A stretch of DNA of 64,000 nt. Source: a virus (taxonomy: Duplodnaviria > Heunggongvirae > Uroviricota > Caudoviricetes). The stretch lies in the IMG/VR virus record IMGVR_UViG_3300035208_002606; one strand, 5' to 3'. Below are positions 55,435 to 64,000 of the stretch, piece after piece. The position numbers and the translations under genes were made by a program. Numbering within the stretch: position 1 is the first letter of the stretch; each line of letters starts with the position of its first letter. The notes beneath the pieces are model-generated. The model made no database searches, had not been told where the DNA came from, and was given only the letters and a program-made list of their open reading frames with translations.

Positions 55435-57651
55435 ATGAATCAAGATTTACAAAAAGTTGCAGACCGATTTTTCGATGGCGATGTTAATATTGCGAAAATT
55501 TGGTACAAGAAATATACAACAACCGAGGAAACGCCGCAAGATGTTTGGAAGAGGATGGCGAAACTTTGTTCCGAAGTAGAAAAGGCAGACTCACAAAAAG
55601 AATGGGAAAATAAATTTTATGAGGTAATGAAAGATTGGCGGTTTGTTCCTGCTGGAAGAATTTTATTTGGTTTAACAGAAAATATAAAAGATAAAACGAG
55701 AAGAAAGGTTACTTTAAGTAATTGTTTTGTTGTTGAACCACCACAAGATTCATTAGAAAGTATAATGGATGTTGCTTATAAAATGAGTAAAATTTATTCC
55801 AATGGTGGAGGGTGTGGTGTGGATTTAAGCAATATCCGACCCCAGGGGAGTTTGGTAAATAATGCGGCTATTTATAGTGATGGTGTTATTCCGTTTATGA
55901 ATTTATATAGCCAAATAACAAGCACTATTGCCATATCAGGTCGCCGGGGCGCACTTATGATTACTTTAGATTGTTCACATCCTGATGTTGAAAATTTTAT
56001 TAATGCAAAAAAAGATTTAAGTAAAATAAACTCTGCAAATATTTCTGTAAAGATTACAGATAAATTTATGAATGCGGTATTGGCAGATGAACCGTGGGAA
56101 ACGACGTTCAAAATAAAAGACACGGGTGAAGAAATTAAGAAAACATTTTCTGCCAAAAAATTATTTGAATTGATTATAAAAAATAATTGGGAGAGTGCTG
56201 AACCTGGAATCATTTTTTTTGACAGGGCAAAAAATTATACACCCTTATCACATTTTAGTAAATATGTACCCATTTCTTCTAATCCATGTAGTGAAATTTT
56301 TCTTTCGGGTAATGGGGCTTGTTTATTGGGTTCATTAAATTTATCAAAATTTGTCAAATATGGGTTTACAAAAAGAGCAGAATTTGATTTTGTTGAATTT
56401 GAAAAAGCGACACAATTGGCTGTGAGAATATTGGATAACATACTGGAACTTCAGGTGAAGTATAAACTATATCCGTTCCAAGAACAAATTAATCATGCCG
56501 CAGGAAGTAGACAAATTGGGCTTGGGATTATGGGATTAGCAGATATGTTTGCTCTCTTGGGACTAAAATATGATTCAGATGAATCTTTATTTTTCGCAAA
56601 TAATCTTTTTGAAAAATTTAGAAATATTTCATATACAGCATCGATAGACCTAGCAAAAGAAAAAGGAAAATTCCCAGATTTTGACAAGGATGTATATTTT
56701 AAATCCGAATATGTGAAAACTCTTCCTGAAGAAATAAAAAAGAATATAGAACAATATGGAATTAGAAATATCACTTTAAATGCCTGCGCTCCTACGGGAA
56801 GTTTAGCAATTTTGGCAGGGTGTTCTTCTGGAATAGAACCTATTTTTTCTTTGGAATATACTAGAAAGGTTAAATTAAGAGATGATGGGGGAGAGGAAAC
56901 TATTAAAGTTTATCATAATTTATATAGAAAATTTTTGGAAAAACAATACGATTATGATGTGAGTAATTGGATAACTGCCCACCATATTGATTGGCGATTT
57001 AGAATTAAAATGCAAGGGGCAATCCAAAAGTATATTGATAATTCTATAAGTTCAACAATTAATTTACCAACAAATACTCCTGAAATTACCATTTCTGAAA
57101 TTTATAAAATGGCTTGGAAGTATGGTTTAAAGGGGGTGACTATATATAGAGATTCGTGCAGAGAAAATATCCTGACCACTAAGAAATCCCGACCCTACGA
57201 ACTCGTAGGCAAGACCTACCAAATCTACGATGAGAACGATGTTACTTATTATGTGACGGTCAACAATATTCTTGAGGGGGTGAAGTATCGACCCTTCGAA
57301 ATATTCATCAACTCCAAAGAGAGTAGCGAGTATCTCAATGTTATCACCCGCCTGCTGTCCGCAATTTTCCGCAGAACAAGTGATGCGGAGTTCGTTATCA
57401 AGCAGTTGGAAAAGTCGTCCAAGAATGAGGATGGATTATTGAGACAGTTGGCAAAGGTTATTGCGGGTCATATGGGTGTCAACCCCAATTCTACACCCAT
57501 TAATACACCCATTCCTGCGGTTACTACACTCAATACCCAATCAGACGGATTGCAGATTTGTCCTTCTTGTGGACAAAAAACGTTAAAGAAAGAAGGGGGT
57601 TGCGAAGAATGCACCTCCACCACCTGTGGCTACGGGAAATGTTCAATATAA
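55435..57651 (+). CDS. nrdJ: Adenosylcobalamin-dependent (class II) ribonucleotide reductase
   Basis: PAGRIL, SNCFV, GGGCG, RRGA, SNPCSE, CLLGS, APTGS, SSTINLP, KGVTIYRD, C-terminal TSCPD-like region and Zn ribbon; no nrdB nearby. Confidence 0.88.
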   Translation: MNQDLQKVADRFFDGDVNIAKIWYKKYTTTEETPQDVWKRMAKLCSEVEKADSQKEWENKFYEVMKDWRFVPAGRILFGLTENIKDKTRRKVTLSNCFVVEPPQDSLESIMDVAYKMSKIYSNGGGCGVDLSNIRPQGSLVNNAAIYSDGVIPFMNLYSQITSTIAISGRRGALMITLDCSHPDVENFINAKKDLSKINSANISVKITDKFMNAVLADEPWETTFKIKDTGEEIKKTFSAKKLFELIIKNNWESAEPGIIFFDRAKNYTPLSHFSKYVPISSNPCSEIFLSGNGACLLGSLNLSKFVKYGFTKRAEFDFVEFEKATQLAVRILDNILELQVKYKLYPFQEQINHAAGSRQIGLGIMGLADMFALLGLKYDSDESLFFANNLFEKFRNISYTASIDLAKEKGKFPDFDKDVYFKSEYVKTLPEEIKKNIEQYGIRNITLNACAPTGSLAILAGCSSGIEPIFSLEYTRKVKLRDDGGEETIKVYHNLYRKFLEKQYDYDVSNWITAHHIDWRFRIKMQGAIQKYIDNSISSTINLPTNTPEITISEIYKMAWKYGLKGVTIYRDSCRENILTTKKSRPYELVGKTYQIYDENDVTYYVTVNNILEGVKYRPFEIFINSKESSEYLNVITRLLSAIFRRTSDAEFVIKQLEKSSKNEDGLLRQLAKVIAGHMGVNPNSTPINTPIPAVTTLNTQSDGLQICPSCGQKTLKKEGGCEECTSTTCGYGKCSI

Positions 57652-57759
57652 AGGAGGAACAAAATGAAAAGAAAAAACAAATTTGATTTGTCATTGAAGG
57701 AATTGAAACAAAACAGATTTGACAACCTAAAGAAGCCAAAGAAAATAAGGAGAAATAAA

Positions 57760-57987
57760 ATGAGTATGGAATGGGCAAGACAAAAAGTGGCACTCGCATG
57801 GTGTCAACCAAAAACAGAGAACAAGGAAATGGATGTAGATTTAGCAGAGGAATTTGCAAAAATCTTGGACAGGGAAACGAGTATGCCATTATTGGGAAAT
57901 GCAACAACAGGAGAGTTGCTTAATGAACTCATAGCAAGAGCAGAAGTTGCTGGATATATTAATTATAAAACCGTTGATGATGTGTAA
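57760..57987 (+). CDS. Hypothetical protein (real start probably 57760)
   Basis: AAGGAGAAATAAAATG; the upstream in-frame part duplicates the start of the next gene. Confidence 0.55.
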   Translation: MSMEWARQKVALAWCQPKTENKEMDVDLAEEFAKILDRETSMPLLGNATTGELLNELIARAEVAGYINYKTVDDV

Positions 57988-58001
57988 TAAGGAGTAATAA
58001 A

Positions 58002-58355
58002 ATGAGAAAAACAAAAGAGGCTATTGATTTGTCATTGGAGGAGTTGAGAAAAAATAGGATTGATAATTTTATTCAACGATTATATTTTGCTCTGTACGAA
58101 AACTATTATGGCAACAATAGAATTGTTGTAAAAAATTCTACCTCTTCAAAAGGAGCGGGGGAATTTGGGGTTCTATGTGTCAATACCCTATTCACCAAAG
58201 AAGAACTAGAATACATTCGAAAGGAACCTGAAATTTTTGGGGAGTTTGTCCGTCAGGGTTGGCATGTCACAACAAGAATTGATAAAGACCATGAGGATTT
58301 TGAAGAAGAAGATTCTCATTTATTCACGGAGTTCACTTTTACAGTAGAAAAATAA
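58002..58355 (+). CDS. Hypothetical protein
   Basis: AAGGAG RBS. Confidence 0.55.
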   Translation: MRKTKEAIDLSLEELRKNRIDNFIQRLYFALYENYYGNNRIVVKNSTSSKGAGEFGVLCVNTLFTKEELEYIRKEPEIFGEFVRQGWHVTTRIDKDHEDFEEEDSHLFTEFTFTVEK

Positions 58356-58411
58356 GGTCGGTATGAAATAAGGAAATAAAATGGAGGTAGTCGTTTACAA
58401 CAAAAAACAAT

Positions 58412-59731
58412 ATGTATGTTAAAGTAAAAATTAAATTTGTTTTATCTTTGCTAGTGTCATTTGCGTGGATTGCGGTTGCCACATATTTGGCGATACCGTG
58501 GTTTTATGACATAGCGGCACAATTAGGCTCTGTTTTGGCGGTCATAATCATTTTGACACTAGCGATTATCCCGGGGTGGGCAATGTCGTTTGTGATATCT
58601 TCTTTATGTTTTGATAAACGCCCAAATTATAAAGAGAAAGTGTTTAATGCGCCGCCGCTTACTTTATTAATAGCGGCATATAATGAGGAAAATAATATTA
58701 TTGATACCTTATCATCGATATCTTCCCAAGAATACAATAGTCATTTACGGGTTATAATAATTGATGATGGCTCGACTGATAAAACGGCAGAAAAAGCATC
58801 TGAATTTATAAATAATCATTTTAGTGAAAGTAAAACCTTTGAATTGGTGAAGCACGAAAAAAATCAAGGCAAAGCCCAAGCACTACAAACAGGTTTAAAT
58901 CTTACAGAAACCAAATATATTATCACGATGGATGGAGACTCTTACCTTTTAAAAAACTCCGTTGATAACCTTGTAAGAAATATTGTTTTCGGCCCACCAA
59001 TGACCGCGGCTGTTGCGGGTAGTGTTTTGGTTCGTAATTCCCGAAAAAATTTAATTACTAGACTTCAAGAGTGGGATTATTTTCACGGCATTGCCACCAT
59101 CAAAAGAGTGCAATCTCTTTACCAAGGAACGATGGTCGCCCAAGGTTCTTTCTCCGTTTATCGAACTGATTTTGTGAGACGAGTTGGTGGGTGGCCTTCA
59201 AAAATAGGAGAAGATATTGTTTTAACTTGGGGATTACGAGAAAAGGGGGATAGAATTTCTTACGCTGAAAATGCATTTTGTTTTACCCATGTTCCCGAAA
59301 CCTACAAACAATTTTTTAGACAACGAAAGCGATGGGCAAGAGGATTGATAGAAGCATTTAAAAAGTATCCACGGTCTCTGACCCAATTAAAAATGACTTT
59401 GCCTTTTATTTGGTATAACCTTTGTTTCCCATTAGTGGATAGTAGTTATCTATTATTTTTTATTCCTGGAATAGTTTTAGCATTATTATTCAAGTGTTAT
59501 CTATTAGTAGGATTGATGACAATATTGTTGCTTCCGTTGGCAGTTATTGCTAATATCATATTTTTCTATAAACAAAAAAAGATATTTAAAAAATATGGAT
59601 TAAAAGTGAGACGAAATGTTTTTGGTTTTCTTTTTTATATGTTAATTTATCAAACACTAATGGCCCCCGCTACGGTGGCAGGATATCTCAGCGAAGTATT
59701 AAATTTAACAAAGAAATGGGGGACGAAATAA
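58412..59731 (+). CDS. Processive GT2 polysaccharide synthase (PgaC/IcaA-like)
   Basis: AAYNEE, DDGSTD, GKAQAL, DGD, GED, QRKRW, 2 N-terminal and 3 C-terminal TM segments. Confidence 0.9.
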   Translation: MYVKVKIKFVLSLLVSFAWIAVATYLAIPWFYDIAAQLGSVLAVIIILTLAIIPGWAMSFVISSLCFDKRPNYKEKVFNAPPLTLLIAAYNEENNIIDTLSSISSQEYNSHLRVIIIDDGSTDKTAEKASEFINNHFSESKTFELVKHEKNQGKAQALQTGLNLTETKYIITMDGDSYLLKNSVDNLVRNIVFGPPMTAAVAGSVLVRNSRKNLITRLQEWDYFHGIATIKRVQSLYQGTMVAQGSFSVYRTDFVRRVGGWPSKIGEDIVLTWGLREKGDRISYAENAFCFTHVPETYKQFFRQRKRWARGLIEAFKKYPRSLTQLKMTLPFIWYNLCFPLVDSSYLLFFIPGIVLALLFKCYLLVGLMTILLLPLAVIANIIFFYKQKKIFKKYGLKVRRNVFGFLFYMLIYQTLMAPATVAGYLSEVLNLTKKWGTK

Positions 59732-59732
59732 A

Positions 59733-60602
59733 ATGAAAAAAATAAAAATAATAATATTGATATTATTGTTCTGTACACAAATATTACCTGCGGACGATTT
59801 GGAAATAAAAACATTATTATTTAATGACGATGAATACTCCCAATCTATTAACTTGTATCAAATTTGGCATTGGGGAAACGCCATCAATAAAATAGGATTA
59901 GGGGCAACCCAAACTTTTATCATCGAAAATGATAACAACCGTTCATTTTACGGCGGGTTAGTAGAATTTAAAACCAAATCCAAAAACACCGAATTGTTTG
60001 GGCAAGTTAATTTTTTACGGTGGAATAAAAAACTAAAAATACCTTTTAATATTTCCTTTGCTCAAATGATTGGAAAATTCAGGTTCGAAGAAACGCTAGA
60101 TTACGACACTATTAATTCTGTAAAATCTTACGATGCCCAACTTGATTTTATTGCGGCATCATTCACTCTCGATTATTATATTTTTAAGAATTTAACCCTT
60201 ATCAACTCTTATTGGTACAGAAGGGTGTCGGACAAAAACGATGCTTATCGTTATCTTGGTAGAGTTATTTTGGATTTTAATAAACATTATCACTTGCAAT
60301 ATTCATATCGGAATTTTCGTAATGATTACAAGACGATAAATTATTTCAGCCCTGAAAATTTTACCCAACATATTTTAGCCTTGGGGTATTATGGGGTATC
60401 AAAGGATAAATTTAAAATAAAAATATGGGCCGGCCCAATTTTTCAGGACGATAGTTACGAAACAAGTTGGGGGATAATCGAACGAATTTATTCTGTTTGG
60501 ACTATTGGTGAAAAATGGTCTCTAGAGGGGAAAATTGAGGCAAATCAAATCAAGTCAGGATATCAATACACTCAATTTCTTTTGTCTATTATTTATAGAT
60601 AG
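59733..60602 (+). CDS. Secreted putative outer-membrane beta-barrel protein
   Basis: Signal peptide; alternating aromatic beta-strands; YFSP motif reminiscent of PgaA barrels; C-terminal aromatic. Confidence 0.55.
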   Translation: MKKIKIIILILLFCTQILPADDLEIKTLLFNDDEYSQSINLYQIWHWGNAINKIGLGATQTFIIENDNNRSFYGGLVEFKTKSKNTELFGQVNFLRWNKKLKIPFNISFAQMIGKFRFEETLDYDTINSVKSYDAQLDFIAASFTLDYYIFKNLTLINSYWYRRVSDKNDAYRYLGRVILDFNKHYHLQYSYRNFRNDYKTINYFSPENFTQHILALGYYGVSKDKFKIKIWAGPIFQDDSYETSWGIIERIYSVWTIGEKWSLEGKIEANQIKSGYQYTQFLLSIIYR

Positions 60603-60650
60603 AAAGCCAAATTTATTACAGAGTGTGGTATAATAGAGATAGGAGCAAGA

Positions 60651-60884
60651 ATGAAAATTAGAAAATGGATTTGTAAACATTTCGGTCATGTTGGGTTTAC
60701 CCGAATTGACAATATTCTAGTAGATATGGCAATGATTGAAATTAAGAATATGGGGAAAACAGACACTACCATTAAATGTTCTCGCTGTAAACAGAAAATT
60801 TCAATTCAGAAAATTTACGATTTGACCCACGATGGCGTGAAGAGGGCAAATAAAGAAATCATTAAATTATCAGAGGTAGAGTAA
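60651..60884 (+). CDS. Hypothetical protein (C..FGH / CSRC)
   Basis: TGTGGTATAAT at 60624, AGGAG RBS. Confidence 0.55.
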   Translation: MKIRKWICKHFGHVGFTRIDNILVDMAMIEIKNMGKTDTTIKCSRCKQKISIQKIYDLTHDGVKRANKEIIKLSEVE

Positions 60885-60886
60885 AA

Positions 60887-61378
60887 ATGAGAGACGCTTT
60901 AAAAGGCAGACCACTTTATTTAAAAAACAGAAAGAATGAAAATGATTTAGAAAGCGGACTTACCCACTCTCATCCCGAACCTGAAGGAGAGTCCCCGACA
61001 AAAAGACAGATGACATTCACTCCCGAACAGGAAGAGGCTAGGAAAGCCGCAAAAGCAGGAAAGTTGGGAATCAAGTTTGACGATGACCCTGATAAACTTC
61101 GCTGGGATTTAATGCCTTGGCGTGAAGCGGAACAAATCGTGGAAATCCTGACCATAGGGGCCAACAAGTACGCAGATGATAATTGGAAGTACATTCCAAA
61201 CCTTAGAAGGCGGTATTTTGCGGCGGCAATGCGCCATTTCATCAAGTGGTTTATGGGGTTTAAATACGACAAGGAAACTAAAAAGAACCATCTTGCCCAC
61301 GCTCTCTGTTGTATTATGTTTTTACTGTGGCAAGACAACGAAAATGAGAACAAGAAGGACGATGAAAACAATAAATAA
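60887..61378 (+). CDS. dATP/dGTP diphosphohydrolase domain protein (DUF5664)
   Basis: KFD...RWDLMP..V..L..GA.KY..DNW...A.MRH..W..G...D.ET..HLAHA. Confidence 0.85.
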   Translation: MRDALKGRPLYLKNRKNENDLESGLTHSHPEPEGESPTKRQMTFTPEQEEARKAAKAGKLGIKFDDDPDKLRWDLMPWREAEQIVEILTIGANKYADDNWKYIPNLRRRYFAAAMRHFIKWFMGFKYDKETKKNHLAHALCCIMFLLWQDNENENKKDDENNK

Positions 61379-61452
61379 CAGTATATTAAACCGCCGAAGC
61401 GTTGCGACCTTTAAGCAGTTTTAAACAAAAACTACACCAGAGGAGGAAAACG

Positions 61453-62256
61453 GTGGACGAACAAAATTTAATAAGCAACACTTCGGACAATATGAACGAA
61501 AATATGACCGAAGAGGGGGATGAGCAGATAAAAGAACCTTGGCTCATAAGGAACAAGACTAAAATCCTTTTTTCAATTATTGGGATTTTGGCAATTTGTC
61601 TGCTTGGAACATTGGATAGTGCCTACAAAACAGAAAAACGATTACAACATCAACTGAAACAAAGGACGGAAAGCCTGACTTGGTTGGCTTGGGAACATAA
61701 ACGAGTCAGAACGGAAAGGGACTTTTTCGCCAAAGTTACCGAAGATGTGAACTACTACAAGTTCATCAAGACGGTTTACGAAGGCAAAGACAGGGATGGA
61801 TTTTTCGAGACCATTTCCATCATTTACGAAGAGTCCAAACGGGCAGGAATCAGCCCTTGGGAAACCCTGAGTATTGTTCATCAGGAATCAGGATTTAATC
61901 CTTCCGCAGTTAGTATGATTTGGAAAAGGGATAAAGATGGGAATATGGAACAAGTCCCCTGTGCTTACGGTTTGATGCAAATCAACTACAATGCGTGGAA
62001 GGACGAAAAAGGATTAACCCCTGAAAATCGGTTTGATAAAAGGTTCAATGTGAGAACAGGATTGGAGATTTACAAGTATTATTTGGGGCTTGCCAATGGG
62101 GATAAATTTTTGGCCTTGTTCTATTACAATAACGGACCGGCCCCTAGAAACCCCAATCACAGTTATGCCCCCGCAGTAATGGCTTCCAGGTTTATGAAGA
62201 TGTCTGTAAACTATGAACCCATTGAATTAGAGAAATCAATAGGAATAAGCCAATAA
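61453..62256 (+). CDS. Membrane-anchored lytic transglycosylase (SLT)
   Basis: QESGFNPSAVS, YGLMQIN, AL..YNNG; N-terminal TM; GTG start after AGGAGG. Confidence 0.85.
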   Translation: MDEQNLISNTSDNMNENMTEEGDEQIKEPWLIRNKTKILFSIIGILAICLLGTLDSAYKTEKRLQHQLKQRTESLTWLAWEHKRVRTERDFFAKVTEDVNYYKFIKTVYEGKDRDGFFETISIIYEESKRAGISPWETLSIVHQESGFNPSAVSMIWKRDKDGNMEQVPCAYGLMQINYNAWKDEKGLTPENRFDKRFNVRTGLEIYKYYLGLANGDKFLALFYYNNGPAPRNPNHSYAPAVMASRFMKMSVNYEPIELEKSIGISQ

Positions 62257-62516
62257 TGCCACGCTCACATTCTCAAGTCGTTTTCGATTCCCGCATCAGT
62301 AAACGGGCAACAGAAGCAGACCTGTCGGTGTCATACAAAATTACTGAAGAAGAATTGAATTTTGTTACGAAACTCTATCAGGCCTACAAAATCAAGGGGA
62401 TTACCAAAGCACCAACTATCGAAATGTTCCTTAAAGACCTAGTATTCAGCAATAGCGAATTATTTAAGAAGGAGTGTAATTATGCCGACATATATTCTGA
62501 AATGCCCAAAGTGTAA
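62256..62516 (+). CDS. Hypothetical protein
   Basis: TAATG-coupled. Confidence 0.5.
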   Translation: MPRSHSQVVFDSRISKRATEADLSVSYKITEEELNFVTKLYQAYKIKGITKAPTIEMFLKDLVFSNSELFKKECNYADIYSEMPKV

Positions 62517-62826
62517 AAAGGAATTTGAGTTTTTAAAATTGAGGGCGAACTCTAAGGCAATTTGTCCGAAATGCGGATACGCTGAAGACTTTGAAAAATT
62601 ACCTACGGCCCCTGCTCTGTCTTTCAAAGGAGAAGGGTGGACAACTACAAATTACTCAGCATCGGTTGACCCCACAACGGTTCCAGGGGTTAAGAAAATC
62701 GAGAACCCCACAAGAGAGCAACGCACCTTGTACAAGACAAGAAAACAAGCAACAGGCCGAAGAAAGAAAGTCAAAGTTGCAGGACTTCCCGAAGTTAAAA
62801 GGCAACTTCCTTTGGGAAAGGCCTAA
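62482..62826 (+). CDS. FmdB-family Zn-ribbon protein
   Basis: MPTY..KCPKC...FE...CPKCG...FKGEGW. Confidence 0.85.
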   Translation: MPTYILKCPKCKKEFEFLKLRANSKAICPKCGYAEDFEKLPTAPALSFKGEGWTTTNYSASVDPTTVPGVKKIENPTREQRTLYKTRKQATGRRKKVKVAGLPEVKRQLPLGKA

Positions 62827-62837
62827 GGAGAAATAAA

Positions 62838-63035
62838 ATGGAACCATATTGTCCTGAGTGTGGAAAGAACCACCCGACTTTTACGGGAGGCTGTCCGTAC
62901 AAGAATGAACGCCAAATTCCTATGGTGTATCCAAATAATTTTCAAGCACCTGAAAAAGAAGAAGTAATAAAGAAATTGAATAGGATTATTGAACTGTTAG
63001 AAAAGATGGAATATTATCTTCGTACACAAAAATGA
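62838..63035 (+). CDS. Hypothetical protein
   Basis: AAGGAG RBS, CPECGK.H. Confidence 0.5.
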   Translation: MEPYCPECGKNHPTFTGGCPYKNERQIPMVYPNNFQAPEKEEVIKKLNRIIELLEKMEYYLRTQK

Positions 63036-63724
63036 TTTCTATAGTCATTCCAACTTATACGAACTTCAGCGGACTAAAAGCGTGTATTGCATCCATAGAA
63101 GAATACACAAATTTAGACGATATTGAAATTATTGTATCAGCCAACGGCGCACCCAAGGAAGTAAAGCCTTATCCCTTTAATGATGTTACAAAAATTATAT
63201 GGCATGATGCCCCTATAGGCTATGCCAAGGCCTGTAATGCGGGAATTAAAGAAGCCAAGGGTGAGTACATTATCTTACTGAACGATGATTGTGTTCTAAC
63301 TCCTCAAGCGCAGAATCGATGGCTGAATATGCTTCTGCGACCCTTTCAAGAAAATTCAAAGGTCGGGCTAAGTGGGCCGCTGATAAATTTTTCTCCTCCC
63401 GCCAATTCCCGATTTATTGTATTTTTTATTGTGATGATTAAAAGGGAAGTCTTCGACAAGATAGGACTCCTTTCCGAAGATTACGGAATGGGGGCAGGGG
63501 AAGATACGCAGTTCTGCATCGAAGCCATGCAAGCGGGATATGAATTAGGTTGCGCTAGCATTGGTCCAGTTATCAAAGGTGAAAAATATATGACTGGAAA
63601 TTTTCCTATATTTCATGCAGGAGAAGAAACCGTTAGTAAACTTAAAAATTGGCAAGAAATATTTAATAATAATTCCAAAATTCTAGCCCGTAAATATAAC
63701 CCAAATTGGTCAGGATTAAAATAA
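63032..63724 (+). CDS. GT2 glycosyltransferase
   Basis: ISIVIPTY, GYAKACNAG, LLNDD, GED..FC. Confidence 0.88.
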   Translation: MISIVIPTYTNFSGLKACIASIEEYTNLDDIEIIVSANGAPKEVKPYPFNDVTKIIWHDAPIGYAKACNAGIKEAKGEYIILLNDDCVLTPQAQNRWLNMLLRPFQENSKVGLSGPLINFSPPANSRFIVFFIVMIKREVFDKIGLLSEDYGMGAGEDTQFCIEAMQAGYELGCASIGPVIKGEKYMTGNFPIFHAGEETVSKLKNWQEIFNNNSKILARKYNPNWSGLK

Positions 63725-63805
63725 AAAATACTAAATAATAGTAGGCTTGGGGAACAAGCCGTGGCAGGAAACGCCACAATTGCTTAACAAATAGGAGGAT
63801 AAACT

Positions 63806-64000
63806 ATGAGCAGCAACTTACCAACAAAAAGAAAAGTCAGTTCGTTTTTAACACCCCGTTCCATTTTCTCACCTTTTTTCAGGGACTTTGATTTCGAGGA
63901 TAATCTACAAGATATTCTTTCAGAGTTCAGAGGCCTGATGCAATGGGACGAGAGAATGGGTTCCTGCGACTTTGAGAAGACCAAAGACGAGTATATCGTT
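63806..64000 (+). CDS. Hsp20/small heat-shock protein (3' partial)
   Basis: AGGAGG RBS; MSSNLP..SIFSPFFRDFDFEDNL...CDFEKTKDEYIV resembles an sHSP N-terminus and first strands. Confidence 0.6.
   Translation, partial: MSSNLPTKRKVSSFLTPRSIFSPFFRDFDFEDNLQDILSEFRGLMQWDERMGSCDFEKTKDEYIV

Noticed and set aside
25280-57651. Inteins in UvsX, helicases or RNR
   Set aside because: Protein lengths are normal and I saw no intein splice-junction or LAGLIDADG blocks
1-64000. Stop-codon reassignment
   Set aside because: Core genes are intact in the standard code, and TAA, TAG and TGA all terminate genes

Overview
This 64 kb window looks like part of a large T4-related (Tevenvirinae-like or jumbo) dsDNA phage genome. 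Almost all genes are on the + strand and use the standard code. Order of modules: (1) tail-fibre/adhesin and Kelch genes (1-11.3 kb); (2) a non-coding block and small early genes (12-21.6 kb); (3) a Ro60/TROVE gene preceded by seven tandem Y-RNA-like units (21.7-24 kb); (4) a T4-type replication, recombination and late-transcription core (gp32, UvsX, gp41, gp55, gp47, gp61, gp46, UvsW, RNase H, UvsY); (5) a radical SAM gene, a two-frame C5 DNA methyltransferase, a RuvC-like resolvase and a class II ribonucleotide reductase; (6) a PgaC-like synthase with a putative beta-barrel partner, DUF5664, a lytic transglycosylase, a GT2 and Hsp20. Ten free-standing homing-endonuclease-like genes are scattered through the window. 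Three observations stand out. First, the seven-unit Y RNA array has a covarying Ro-binding scaffold, fixed 9-11 nt linkers and interchangeable cargo domains, two of them circularly permuted tRNA mimics. Second, a six-copy covarying three-way-junction/pseudoknot leader RNA pairs with the Shine-Dalgarno region of endonucleases from three unrelated nuclease families. Third, endonuclease insertions leave stranded 5' stubs of the target gene. All calls come from motif recognition by eye; no database searches or folding programs were run.
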